The notes: generated from the sequence alone by a model not told the origin. A stretch of 64,000 bases of DNA from a candidate division FCPU426 bacterium (GCA_040756875.1 JBFLYH010000001.1:96001-160000); one strand, 5' to 3'; numbered from the stretch's first letter, positions 47,017 to 56,598 are shown. Numbers and translations: made by a program.

Positions 47017-47439
47017 AGGCTTTGCAGTGGATAGGATGGTGAGTTGCTTTTGGGAGGGCGGCCAACTTCGGCGAGGAGCGCGGAGCATGTTTCGTGGACG
47101 GGAAGAGACCTAAAAAAAAACAGCTGCAAAAAAATAATGATGGACAAAAATCGGGATAAGCTCTATAAAAAAAGCAGCAGCCCGGGCTTGCTGCCTAATC
47201 GGCGGGTTCCCGGGGCGGCCCGCGCGGCCGCCCGCCCGCGTGAGGTGTGATTCAACCACTCATCCATGAAGACCGCAAATGGGTCTTGCCTGACTTTCCA
47301 GCCTGCTTTCCTCCGCCCGGATGCCAGCCCCGCGCACAGGAGTGTGATGACGGTGTAAAACCAGCGCCACGCGTTGGGCAACCGCACCGCAGGCCTAGGG
47401 CCGCGGTATCTCATCCACCCCCTGAGGGGAGAGGACAGC

Positions 47440-48840
47440 ATGGAAAACGAACTGTTGAAGGAAAACGACGAGCCTCCGCTGGAAAGCCTGGCCGGCCTCC
47501 CGTCCCTGCTTGACGGCCGCCATTTGGCCGAAGGTGTCCTGTTTAAAAACGACCGTCTGATCCGGCAGTTGTGGCCGGACGTGACGCCCGAGCAATGGAA
47601 CGACTGGCGCTGGCAGATGGCCAACCGCCTGCGGACCGTTGAGCAGCTGATCGACCTATTAAACCTCAAACCCTACCAGGTTTCCAAATACCGCCGCCTG
47701 CTGGAAGTTTTTCCTTACGCGGTCACGCCGTACTATTTTTCGCTCATCGACTGGTTCAACCCCGAAGATCCCATCCGCAAGCAGTGCCTGCCGGACATCA
47801 AGGAACTGGATTACCAGGTGGTCGGTGACATGGATCCCCTGGAGGAAGAGGAGGACATGCAGGTTCCGGGCCTGGTCCACCGCTATCCGGACCGGGTGCT
47901 GGCCGTGGTCACCAATGCCTGCAGCATGTACTGCCGCCACTGCACCCGCAAACGCGTGTGGCGCGGGGGCGAGGCCGCCTGCTCCAAGCTGGACCTGCTG
48001 AAAATGCTCGAATACGTGCGCGCCACGGCCGAGATCCGGGAGGTCATCGTATCCGGCGGCGATCCGCTGACCATGAACCTCGACCTCCTCGACTGGTTCC
48101 TGGGAGAACTCCAGCGCATCACCCACATCGAAGTCCTGCGCATCGGCACCCGGGTGCCCGTGGTGCTGCCCATGCGCGTCACCGACGAGCTGGTGCGCAT
48201 GCTGGCCAAGCACCGGCCGCTCTGGGTCAACGTGCAGTTCAACCATCCCAACGAGATTACGCCCGAGTCGCGCGAGGCCTGCGACAAGATCCTGCGCGCC
48301 GGGATACCGCTCTCCAACCAATCCGTGCTCCTGCGGGGCGTGAACGACACGGTGGAGACCATGCGCGATCTTTGCCACGATCTGCAGCGCATCATGGTCC
48401 GGCCCTACTACCTCTACCAGTGCGATCCGGTCAAGGGCGTGGAGCACTTCCGCACCAACGTCTGGAAGGGCGTCCAGATCATCGAGATGATGCGGGGCTA
48501 TACGGGCGGCCTGTGCGTCCCGACCTTTGTGGTGGACGCGCCCGGCGGCGGCGGGAAAATCCCGCTGCAGCCGTTTTACCTGCTTTCGGCCACGGAGCGC
48601 GACGTGCTGCTGCGCAACTACGAAGGCATGATCATCAAGTACCACAACCCGCACGAGCTTGACCTGGACCGGGGCCGGCGCCAGAACGGCAACGGCAAGG
48701 AAGGCGGCACGGCCAACCTGATCCGGGGGAACGAAAAAGCGCTGGTGCCGGAAGCCACGCCGCGTTACCGCCGCCGCAACCAGAAAAAGTCGCTGTTGAA
48801 GTTGAAGGGGGCCGGCAATGCGGATCGGCCTGACCTATGA
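47440..48840 (+). CDS. kamA: KamA family radical SAM lysine 2,3-aminomutase
   Basis: HRYPDRVL, CSMYCRHCTR, SGGDPL, FNHP.E, NQSVLLRGVND, YYLYQCD and VDAPGGGGK motifs. Confidence 0.92.
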   Translation: MENELLKENDEPPLESLAGLPSLLDGRHLAEGVLFKNDRLIRQLWPDVTPEQWNDWRWQMANRLRTVEQLIDLLNLKPYQVSKYRRLLEVFPYAVTPYYFSLIDWFNPEDPIRKQCLPDIKELDYQVVGDMDPLEEEEDMQVPGLVHRYPDRVLAVVTNACSMYCRHCTRKRVWRGGEAACSKLDLLKMLEYVRATAEIREVIVSGGDPLTMNLDLLDWFLGELQRITHIEVLRIGTRVPVVLPMRVTDELVRMLAKHRPLWVNVQFNHPNEITPESREACDKILRAGIPLSNQSVLLRGVNDTVETMRDLCHDLQRIMVRPYYLYQCDPVKGVEHFRTNVWKGVQIIEMMRGYTGGLCVPTFVVDAPGGGGKIPLQPFYLLSATERDVLLRNYEGMIIKYHNPHELDLDRGRRQNGNGKEGGTANLIRGNEKALVPEATPRYRRRNQKKSLLKLKGAGNADRPDL

Positions 48841-49837
48841 CCTCAAAGCCGACTATCTCGCGCGGGGCCTGACGCACGAGGCGGTCGCGGAATTCGACAG
48901 CGAGGAGACCATCGCCGCCCTGGCAGAGGCTTTGACCGGCGCGGGGCACGAACCGGTCCGCGTGGGCAATGTCTTCGCCCTGGTCAAGGCCCTGGAGCGG
49001 GGCGAACGCTGGGACCTGGTCTTCAACCTGTGCGAGGGCTTGTGGGGCCGCAGCCGCGAAGCCCAGGTGCCCGCCCTGCTGGAAGCCTATGGCATCCCCT
49101 ATACCTTCAGCGACCCCCTGGTCCTGGCCCTGACCCTGGACAAGGCCATGGCCAAGCGGATCGTGCGCGACGCGGGCTTGCCCACGCCTGGATTCTTCCT
49201 GGCGGCAACGGTCGAAGAGATCCGCGCCCTGCACGGCGCTTTGGATTTTCCGCTGTTCGTCAAGCCCGTGGCCGAAGGCACGGGCAAGGGCGTGACTCCG
49301 CACTCCCTGGTCCATGACCGCGCCGCCCTGGAGCGGCAGGCCGGGCGCCTGCTGGAGGAATTCCGGCAGCCTGTGCTGGTGGAGAATTATTTGCCTGGCC
49401 GGGAAGTCACGGTGGGGATTCTCGGCACGGGTCGCAAGGCCCGCAGCCTGGGCGTGCTGGAAATCCACCTGGGCGAAAAAGCGGAGCCGGGCCTTTATTC
49501 CTACAGCAACAAACAGCTCTACGAAGACCGCGTGACCTACGCGCTGGTCGCCGACCAGGCCCTGGCCCGGGAAGCCGAAACCCTGGCCCTGGCTGTGTAT
49601 CAGGCCTTCGGCTGCCGGGATGCGGGCCGCGTGGACCTGCGCGCGGACCAGGACGGCCGGCTGCACTTCCTGGAAATCAATCCCCTGGCCGGAATCCATC
49701 CCGTGCATTCAGACCTTCCCATCCTCTGCCGGCTGCTCGGCGTGCGCTACGCCGAGCTCATTGCCGGCATCCTGGAGTCGGCCTGCGAAAGGCTGGGCCA
49801 GGTTCCCGAGGTCGTCGGCCGCGTGGCCGGCGCCTGA
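48818..49837 (+). CDS. D-Ala-D-Ala ligase-like ATP-grasp protein 1
   Basis: VFN.CEG..GRSRE.QVP..LE, DK, FVKP..EG.GKG, GRE.TV, GRVD.R and LEINPL.G motifs. Confidence 0.88.
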   Translation: MRIGLTYDLKADYLARGLTHEAVAEFDSEETIAALAEALTGAGHEPVRVGNVFALVKALERGERWDLVFNLCEGLWGRSREAQVPALLEAYGIPYTFSDPLVLALTLDKAMAKRIVRDAGLPTPGFFLAATVEEIRALHGALDFPLFVKPVAEGTGKGVTPHSLVHDRAALERQAGRLLEEFRQPVLVENYLPGREVTVGILGTGRKARSLGVLEIHLGEKAEPGLYSYSNKQLYEDRVTYALVADQALAREAETLALAVYQAFGCRDAGRVDLRADQDGRLHFLEINPLAGIHPVHSDLPILCRLLGVRYAELIAGILESACERLGQVPEVVGRVAGA

Positions 49838-49846
49838 ACCCCTCCC

Positions 49847-50824
49847 GTGAAGGTCGCTCTCCTCTATAATCAGCCGCTGGCCCAGGCGCCGGATGCGGCC
49901 GACGTCCTGGACCAGGTCAAACTGGTGGAATCCGCCCTCAACCAGACCGGAACCGCCTGCCGCGTCTTCGCCCTGCCGCCGGACTGGCCGGGCGTCAAGC
50001 GTGAATGGGACGGTCTGACGGCTTATGCGCCGGATGTGGTGTTCAATCTGGTCGAAGCCCTGGGCGCGGACGCCCGCGGCCAGGCGCGCATCGCCGGCCT
50101 GCTGGAGTTAAGCGGATGGGCGTTCACGGGATCAGGCTCGCAGGCGCTCGTGCAAACCACGGACAAGGCCCTGACCAAGTCCGTGCTGGCGGCTTGCGGG
50201 TTGCCCACGCCCGCCTGGCAGGTCGTCCGCGAACTGCCGGGGCGGACCATCGTACCCGGCCCCTGGATCATTAAACCCCTGGCCGAGGACGCTTCCGTGG
50301 GCATCGATGAAGACGCGGTCGTCAGGAACGCTGGGGAGCTGATCCCGCGCCTGACCGACAAACTCAGCCGTTTCAGCGGCCAGGGCCTGCTGCTGGAAAC
50401 GTTTTTGGAAGGCCGGGAGTTCAATGTGTCTTTGCTGGAGCGCGTCCCCGGCCGGGTGGAAGCCCTGCCTCCGGCGGAAATTAAGTTCGAAGCCTGGCCC
50501 GCGGGCCAGCCGCGGCTCTTGACCTACCGCGCGAAGTGGGACCCCGCGGCATTCGAATACAGGCATACACCGCGCGCTTTCGTGCCGGCCGGCGCCCTGG
50601 CTGCCGAATTGCAGGACTTGGCCACCGCGTGCTGGCGTGCGTTCGGATTGAGGGGTTATGCGCGGGTGGATTTCCGTCAGGATCAGTCCGGGAAATTGTG
50701 GGTGCTGGAAGTGAACGCCAATCCCTGCCTGTCGCCGGATGCGGGCTTCATGGCTGCGGTCAAAGAACGGGGCTTAAGCCCGGGTGAGGCCATTCAAACG
50801 ATAATGGAAGCGGCCGCCTATTAA
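49847..50824 (+). CDS. D-Ala-D-Ala ligase-like ATP-grasp protein 2
   Basis: VFNLVE, FTGS, IKP..EDASVGI, GREFNV, GYARVDFR and LEVNANPC motifs. Confidence 0.88.
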   Translation: MKVALLYNQPLAQAPDAADVLDQVKLVESALNQTGTACRVFALPPDWPGVKREWDGLTAYAPDVVFNLVEALGADARGQARIAGLLELSGWAFTGSGSQALVQTTDKALTKSVLAACGLPTPAWQVVRELPGRTIVPGPWIIKPLAEDASVGIDEDAVVRNAGELIPRLTDKLSRFSGQGLLLETFLEGREFNVSLLERVPGRVEALPPAEIKFEAWPAGQPRLLTYRAKWDPAAFEYRHTPRAFVPAGALAAELQDLATACWRAFGLRGYARVDFRQDQSGKLWVLEVNANPCLSPDAGFMAAVKERGLSPGEAIQTIMEAAAY

Positions 50825-51681
50825 TTCCCAAAAGCGATGTCGTCGAAGGTGAACGTGCCGGGATTGATCACCCGGAGATAGATGCTTCTGATCCGTGACA
50901 GGTCCACATCGGTGAAATCGCCCAGTTTCCAATGGACTTGTTTCCAGTTGTTCCGCGAGCTGGTGTCCACGGAAATCTGGGTCTGGCTCTTTCCACCGTC
51001 GTCCCACAGCGTCAGGTAGATCGGATCGTCCCCCTGCTCGTCGTAAACCCACACCCAGAACTCGTTCGCGCCCGCTAATTTAATGGTCAGGGCGCAGGGG
51101 AACACTCTGACCGTGCCGTTGTTGTCCTTAGGCATGATCTGCAGGGCCCGCTTGCCTTCGCTGACAAAGGTGGAGAAGTCCGGGCTGGAGCCGTTGACGT
51201 CCTGATAATACAATTCCGGCGTGCCGTTGCCTTCCTCGAAATTCTGGAAGCTGACCGGCGTGGGAGTAGGCGTGGGGGTGAGCGTGTTGGTGACGACCGG
51301 TGTAAAAGTGGCCGTGCGTGTCGCGGTGCGCGTGGCCGTGCGGGTGGTGGTGGCCGGCGGAGTCGATGTGCGCGTGGAAGTGGCCGTGGCTGTGGCAATG
51401 CCCGCCGGGGTGGGGGTGCCTGTGACCGGGACCGCGGGAGTGGCGGTGCTGCTCATGATGCCCGCCGGTGTGGACGTGGCAGACCGCGTGGCAGTAGACG
51501 ACGACCCTGGCAACGCCGGGACGGGCGTGCAGGAGGGTGTGGCCGTGGCCGAGACGATTGGCAAAGGCGCGATCGGCAGTTTGGGCTGCAACGGCGCTTG
51601 AATCTTGCTGCATGCCGCCACGGCCAGCAGGCAGGCGCAGGCCAGCACGCTGGTCAGACGCAATTGCTTGAGATTCTTCAT
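50821..51681 (-). CDS. lipoprotein with Thr/Pro linker and CBM11-like carbohydrate-binding domain
   Basis: VAAC lipobox; T-rich linker; FQNFE..., W.QV.W.L..F, DLSRI and TF.FDDI.F motifs. Confidence 0.7.
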   Translation of the reverse strand: MKNLKQLRLTSVLACACLLAVAACSKIQAPLQPKLPIAPLPIVSATATPSCTPVPALPGSSSTATRSATSTPAGIMSSTATPAVPVTGTPTPAGIATATATSTRTSTPPATTTRTATRTATRTATFTPVVTNTLTPTPTPTPVSFQNFEEGNGTPELYYQDVNGSSPDFSTFVSEGKRALQIMPKDNNGTVRVFPCALTIKLAGANEFWVWVYDEQGDDPIYLTLWDDGGKSQTQISVDTSSRNNWKQVHWKLGDFTDVDLSRIRSIYLRVINPGTFTFDDIAFGN

Positions 51682-51692
51682 GGTGCGTCCTC

Positions 51693-52352
51693 TCAGAAAC
51701 TTCCAAATCTTACGTCGTCAAAACGGAACGTGAGTCCTTGCGAATAGGGTTGGATCGTGAAATAAATGATATCGGTCAGATCGACGTCAAAGGGGCCCAG
51801 GTTCCAATAAATCATCGTCCATCCGCCGGGATTGGTGGCGGAAGCGGAGCCTACCATCTGCGATGATCCGCTCGAACTGGTCAGGATCATGTTGAAGCCC
51901 TGCTCGCCCACGGAATCGTTGACCATCATCCATATATTGGTGTGGCTGGACAGGTCGAGCGGCGAACTGGCCGGATAAATCCGCACCTGTCCGGGGGCGC
52001 CCACGCCGAATGAAACTTCCAGCGCCCGTGCGCCTTCATAGACCGTGGTGGTGAAGGCGGCGGTGCAGTTGACCAGGGAACCGTAATACGCTCCCTGGGT
52101 GCCGTTGCCGATTTCGAAATTTTGGAAATGGCCGACCGGCGTGGGCAGCGGAGTCGGGGTGTTGGCTGGCGTGGGAGCAGGCGTGCGGGTGAGGGTGGGC
52201 GTGGCCGTGCCCGGCGTGGCGATAGGCAGTGGGGTCAGGGGCACGGGCGCCAAGGGGGCAGGCACCCGCGTGCAGGACAAGGCCGTGCAGAAGACCAAAA
52301 CCGCACTGGCCAGGATGAAAAGCCCGGCTTGGATGAATGCGCGCCTATTCAT
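51693..52352 (-). CDS. lipoprotein paralogue (possible Tat signal) with CBM-like domain
   Basis: NRRAFI twin-Arg-like motif, ALSC lipobox; C-terminal domain similar to 50821..51681. Confidence 0.7.
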   Translation of the reverse strand: MNRRAFIQAGLFILASAVLVFCTALSCTRVPAPLAPVPLTPLPIATPGTATPTLTRTPAPTPANTPTPLPTPVGHFQNFEIGNGTQGAYYGSLVNCTAAFTTTVYEGARALEVSFGVGAPGQVRIYPASSPLDLSSHTNIWMMVNDSVGEQGFNMILTSSSGSSQMVGSASATNPGGWTMIYWNLGPFDVDLTDIIYFTIQPYSQGLTFRFDDVRFGSF

Positions 52353-52572
52353 TATATATCACCTCGCAAAACAGATGGGTTGGCGGGGAAAAATAGGAGA
52401 GGGAAAGCGGCGTCGTTTATTGGACTCTATTCTATCAAATTGCGTTCCTGTTTCCCAATGGGAAAACAGGCTTGGGTAGCGTATCCTGGGACCGGTCTTT
52501 TTCGGAACTCTCCGGATTGCTTTGCGCCGGAGTTTGGATATAATACAGGAAAACCCGGACAGGAGAGCCAAT

Positions 52573-53169
52573 ATGCCCAGACGCCTTGCGATCGAATCCG
52601 CCCCGCTGCCTCCGTTTTCGCCGGACACGGCTCCGCGGTTGCGGCCCGTGTGGTTTCTGGCCGCTGCGGCCGGGCACGCCGTTTACCTGGCAGTGTTTTA
52701 TTATCTGCTTTCAGTGGAAAACGCCTTCAATTTCAACAACAACTACCCGGTGCTGGGATTTCTCACCTGTCTGACGGTTTTAATCGCCCTGGCGATCCTG
52801 GTCCTGGCCGTGTCCGAGGCCCGGCCGTTGGCCGAAGGCCGCCCGGACCACTCCCAGACGACGTTTTTTTTCGTGGCCTCGCTGTCCCTGGTGGCCTTCC
52901 TCGTGCTGCCGGTCGTCTATTATTTCATGCTGCTGGATGATTTCGCCGTGACCGCCCGGCAATGGCTCTCAGCCGGCCTGGCGCTGGCCGCGATGTGGCT
53001 GGCCTGGCGGGGATGGTGGCGCCACCTGGCCTCGCCCCGCGGCCTGCTGGTCCGGGCCGGGTTCGGCCTGTTATGCGTAGTCTTGGTTTTGCTGATGATG
53101 AACATGCTCTGCGACGTGATCCCGACCCCTGCCGGCAACATTAAGGAAAACGTCCTGCTGCCGCTCTGA
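52573..53169 (+). CDS. multi-pass membrane protein
   Basis: AGGAG RBS; about five TM helices. Confidence 0.65.
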   Translation: MPRRLAIESAPLPPFSPDTAPRLRPVWFLAAAAGHAVYLAVFYYLLSVENAFNFNNNYPVLGFLTCLTVLIALAILVLAVSEARPLAEGRPDHSQTTFFFVASLSLVAFLVLPVVYYFMLLDDFAVTARQWLSAGLALAAMWLAWRGWWRHLASPRGLLVRAGFGLLCVVLVLLMMNMLCDVIPTPAGNIKENVLLPL

Positions 53170-53191
53170 ACCGGCGGCGAAAGGAAGACCC

Positions 53192-53329
53192 ATGGAACCG
53201 AACGACGACAGCCGGGCCTGGCGGCGGCGCCAGATCATCGAAGGCGTCCAAAAGATTCTTTCCGGCCTCTTCCGGCTGGGGCTGATGGCCCTGCTCCTGT
53301 ATTTGATCTTCAAGTATTTCGCCAAATGA
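53192..53329 (+). CDS. small (45 aa) single-TM protein
   Basis: AAGGA RBS; MEPNDDSRAWRRRQIIEGVQKILSGLFRLGLMALLLYLIFKYFAK; ATGA overlap with xerD. Confidence 0.55.
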   Translation: MEPNDDSRAWRRRQIIEGVQKILSGLFRLGLMALLLYLIFKYFAK

Positions 53330-54246
53330 AGGCGCCCGCTTCCGAATCCCGAAGAACCGCTTCTGATCCCGCCTGGCTGCAGGACTTTTTCAATTATTTG
53401 CGCGCGGAAAAAGGCTTGGCGCCATTGACCCTCTCGGCTTACCGGCAGGACATCGACCACTACCTGGGTTTTCTGGACGCCCGCCGCGTGGCGTTTGATC
53501 CCTGTCTGCCTCCGGACCGGGAGACGATCCAGCTTTTTCTGGCGCAACTTCAATCCCAGGCCAAGGCGTCGGCCACCATCGTGCGCGCGTTGGTGTCCCT
53601 GCGCTCCCTGCACCGGTTTCTCAAGGAGGAAGGCGTGGCGGAGCGAGACCCTACCGAGGATTTCGAGTCCTATCGGCTGTGGAAAAAACTGCCCTCGGTC
53701 TTGAGCGTGGACGAGGTGGGGCGGCTGCTCCGGGCGCCGGAACTGACGGCGCGCAACGGCTTGCGGGACCGGGCCATGCTGGAGCTGCTCTACGCCACCG
53801 GTTTGCGCGTTTCCGAACTGGTGTCGCTCCGGTCGGGCCAAATCAACTGGGAAGAAGGCTTCCTGCGCGTCCAGGGCAAGGGGCGCAGGGAACGGCTGGT
53901 GCCAATCGGAAGGCCGGCCCTGCTCCTGGCGCGGCGGTATCTGCAGGAACGCCCGCCGGCCGGAGACGAGGCGCCGTTGTTTATCGCCCGCGGCCAGCGC
54001 GGTTTCTCGCGGGTTGGTTTTTGGAAGCTGCTGCGCCGCTATGCCCGGCTGGCCGGAATCGAAAAGCACCTGTCACCCCATACGCTGCGGCATTCTTTTG
54101 CCACCCATTTGCTGGCAGGCGGAGCTGACTTGCGCCTGGTCCAGGAAATGCTCGGCCATGTCAACATCAGCACCACCCAGATCTACACCCACGTGGACCG
54201 CCGTCGCTTGCAGCAGGTGCACAAACAGTTCCATCCGCGACCATAG
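53326..54246 (+). CDS. xerD: site-specific tyrosine recombinase XerD
   Basis: EKGL...T..AY..D, RDRAMLELLYATGLRVSEL, SPHTLRHSFATHLL.GGADLR.VQEMLGH..ISTTQIYTH, FHPR. Confidence 0.92.
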   Translation: MKAPASESRRTASDPAWLQDFFNYLRAEKGLAPLTLSAYRQDIDHYLGFLDARRVAFDPCLPPDRETIQLFLAQLQSQAKASATIVRALVSLRSLHRFLKEEGVAERDPTEDFESYRLWKKLPSVLSVDEVGRLLRAPELTARNGLRDRAMLELLYATGLRVSELVSLRSGQINWEEGFLRVQGKGRRERLVPIGRPALLLARRYLQERPPAGDEAPLFIARGQRGFSRVGFWKLLRRYARLAGIEKHLSPHTLRHSFATHLLAGGADLRLVQEMLGHVNISTTQIYTHVDRRRLQQVHKQFHPRP

Positions 54247-54281
54247 TATACCGGGACAACGGGTGGATCAGAGAGGGCCTG

Positions 54282-55445
54282 ATGAAAACCAAACCGTCCC
54301 ATCGCGAATCCGCCGATCTTGCCCCCCTGATGCGGGAGCGCTTGTCCGGCCCGGTTCTGGGACGGCTGCGCGCGGCCGGCAGGACAGCCGAACGCCAGGG
54401 CCTGAAAATTTATGCGGTGGGGGGATTTGTCCGGGACCTGCTGCTGGGCCGCCAGAACGAGGACGTGGATCTGGTGGTGGAAGGGCCGGGCATTGCCCTG
54501 GCCCGGCACTTTGCCCGGCAGTGGCGCGCAGAGGTGCGGGTCCATGAACGCTTCGGCACCGCCGCGCTCCGGCTCCCAGGAGGCGGGAAAGTGGATGTGG
54601 CCACGGCCCGCGCGGAAAGCTATCCCCAACCCGCGGCCCTGCCCCAGGTTTCAGCCGCGGGTCTCGAGCGGGATTTGCGCCGCCGGGATTTCACCGTCAA
54701 TGCCATGGCCATCCGGCTGGTTTCCGCGGCTTTTGGACAACTGGTCGATCCCCTGGCCGGAGCCGAGGACCTGGAAGCCGGCCTGATCCGCATTCTTCAT
54801 CCGCAAAGCTTCATCGACGATCCGACCCGCATCTTCCGGGCCGCGCGATTCGAACAGCGGTTCGGCTTCCGGCTGGAAGCGGAAACGGGCCGCTGTCTGG
54901 CGGCCGCCGTGGGCCTGGTCAGCCGGCTGTCCGGGCCGAGGGTCTTGCACGAAGTGCTGCTGGTGCTGGACGAGGCGCAGCCCGCCGGGATTCTCCGCCG
55001 CCTGTCCCAGCTCGGCGTGCTGGGACAAGTGCGTCCGGCCCTGGCAGACCCCGGCCGGCTGGCCCGGGGCTTCGACGCGGCGCTTCGGTCTCTTACGTAC
55101 GCGGACCGGCATCTGGGCCGGCCCGTGGACCGCCGCCTGGTGCTGCTGATGGCGTTGCTGGACGACCTGACCGTGGCCGAGGCCGAGGCCTGGGCGGCGC
55201 ATCATCAGCTTCCGCGCGGCCTGAAGTCCGTCCTGCTGCGGGAAAAAAGCCGGGGTGCTGCGGCCCGGCAGCAGCTGGCGTCCGGGCGCGAGGACGAGGT
55301 TGCCCGGGGCGCCGCTGTTTTCAAAACCCTGCCGGAAGAAGTGCTTCTCTTCGCAATGGCCAAAACCAGCGCCCTCCGGCCCGCCGAGCTTCTACGGAAA
55401 TTGCTGCGTGAACGCGGCGCAGTCCCTGCCCGCACGCATGCTTGA
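54282..55445 (+). CDS. CCA/A-adding tRNA nucleotidyltransferase (poly(A) polymerase family)
   Basis: VGGFVRD, DVDLVV, DVATAR.E.Y, DL.RRDFT.NAMA and SF.DDPTRI.RA.RF motifs. Confidence 0.88.
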   Translation: MKTKPSHRESADLAPLMRERLSGPVLGRLRAAGRTAERQGLKIYAVGGFVRDLLLGRQNEDVDLVVEGPGIALARHFARQWRAEVRVHERFGTAALRLPGGGKVDVATARAESYPQPAALPQVSAAGLERDLRRRDFTVNAMAIRLVSAAFGQLVDPLAGAEDLEAGLIRILHPQSFIDDPTRIFRAARFEQRFGFRLEAETGRCLAAAVGLVSRLSGPRVLHEVLLVLDEAQPAGILRRLSQLGVLGQVRPALADPGRLARGFDAALRSLTYADRHLGRPVDRRLVLLMALLDDLTVAEAEAWAAHHQLPRGLKSVLLREKSRGAAARQQLASGREDEVARGAAVFKTLPEEVLLFAMAKTSALRPAELLRKLLRERGAVPARTHA

Positions 55446-56598
55446 TCCGCGTCTGGTCCGATGGGTGCCGCGGCGCCTGCTGGCCTGGTTCCGCCGCCAC
55501 GCCCGGAAGCTTCCCTGGCGGTCCCATCCCCATCCCTACCGCGTTTGGATTTCGGAAATCATGCTGCAGCAAACCCAGGTGGCCACGGTCTTGCCGTATT
55601 ACCGGCGCTGGCTGCGCCGTTTTCCCACGGTTCGCAGCCTGGCGCAGGCCAGCCAGGGCGAGGTGCTCAAAGCCTGGGAGGGATTGGGTTATTATTCCCG
55701 CGCCCGGAATCTGCACCAGGCCGCCTGCCGCCTGGTCCGCACTAACCAGGGACGGCTGCCGGATACGGCCGCCGGGTGGCAAATGCTCCCGGGCATCGGT
55801 CCCTACACGGCCAATGCCATCGCGAGCATCAGCCGGCAGGAGCGCGTGCCCGTGGTGGACGGGAACGTGTCGCGCGTCTGGGCGAGATTCTTCAAGCTGG
55901 CCGGGAACCTGGAAGAGCCGGCTGTCCGCCGGCGATTGTGGGATCTGGCGGAGCGGCTGCTGCCGGCCGGGACTCCGGGCGATTTCAACCAGGCGGTCAT
56001 GGAACTGGGCGCCCTGGTCTGCCAACCCCGGAACCCCCGCTGCGCCGTCTGCCCGCTCTCGGCCCGCTGCCGGGCCAGGATCGCGGGGCAGCAGGAACGC
56101 TATCCCCGGCGCCGTCCGCGGCGCGCAGTTCCGCACCATGAAGTGGCGGCTGCGGTGATCAAACGCGGCGACCGCTATCTGCTCGGCCGGCGGCCTGACC
56201 GGGGGCTGTTGGGCGGATTGTGGGAGTTTCCGGGAGGCAAAACAGAGCCGGGCGAAACCCTGGGCCAGGCGCTCGAGCGGGAGCTTGAAGAGGAACTGGG
56301 GGTGCGCGCGCGGGCGGGCAGGGAGCTGGTGTCCGTGGACCACGCCTACACCCATTTCACCGTGACCGTGCACGCCCTGGCTTGCACGCTCGGCCGCCAA
56401 AAACCGCGGCTGAAGTTTCATCACGCCCTGCGCTGGGCCACGCTCGCGGATATGCGGCGGCTGGCTTTCCCGCGCGCCAACCATGCCATTATAGCTTTTC
56501 TACGGAAGGAACCTCGGAAGCGGAGTGCCCGGATCCGGACAACTGGCGTTCGGCCAGAAAGCGGTCATAGTCGGTTTCATTCGGCAAAGAGAGTGTAA
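55438..56598 (+). CDS. mutY: A/G-specific adenine glycosylase with C-terminal NUDIX domain
   Basis: WISEIMLQQTQV, WEGLGYYSRARNL, LPGIGPYTA, VDGNV.RV, C..C..CP...C Fe-S loop, GLWEFPGG. Confidence 0.93.
   Translation: MLDPRLVRWVPRRLLAWFRRHARKLPWRSHPHPYRVWISEIMLQQTQVATVLPYYRRWLRRFPTVRSLAQASQGEVLKAWEGLGYYSRARNLHQAACRLVRTNQGRLPDTAAGWQMLPGIGPYTANAIASISRQERVPVVDGNVSRVWARFFKLAGNLEEPAVRRRLWDLAERLLPAGTPGDFNQAVMELGALVCQPRNPRCAVCPLSARCRARIAGQQERYPRRRPRRAVPHHEVAAAVIKRGDRYLLGRRPDRGLLGGLWEFPGGKTEPGETLGQALERELEEELGVRARAGRELVSVDHAYTHFTVTVHALACTLGRQKPRLKFHHALRWATLADMRRLAFPRANHAIIAFLRKEPRKRSARIRTTGVRPESGHSRFHSAKRV

Noticed and set aside
48818-50824. Van-type glycopeptide resistance or housekeeping ddl
   Set aside because: The N-terminal GG.S.E motif of canonical Ddl is absent, there are no vanH/vanX/vanRS or mur/dcw neighbours, and the genes are coupled to kamA.
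53326-54246. Prophage or island integrase
   Set aside because: The sequence has XerD hallmarks, with housekeeping neighbours and no phage genes or att repeats.
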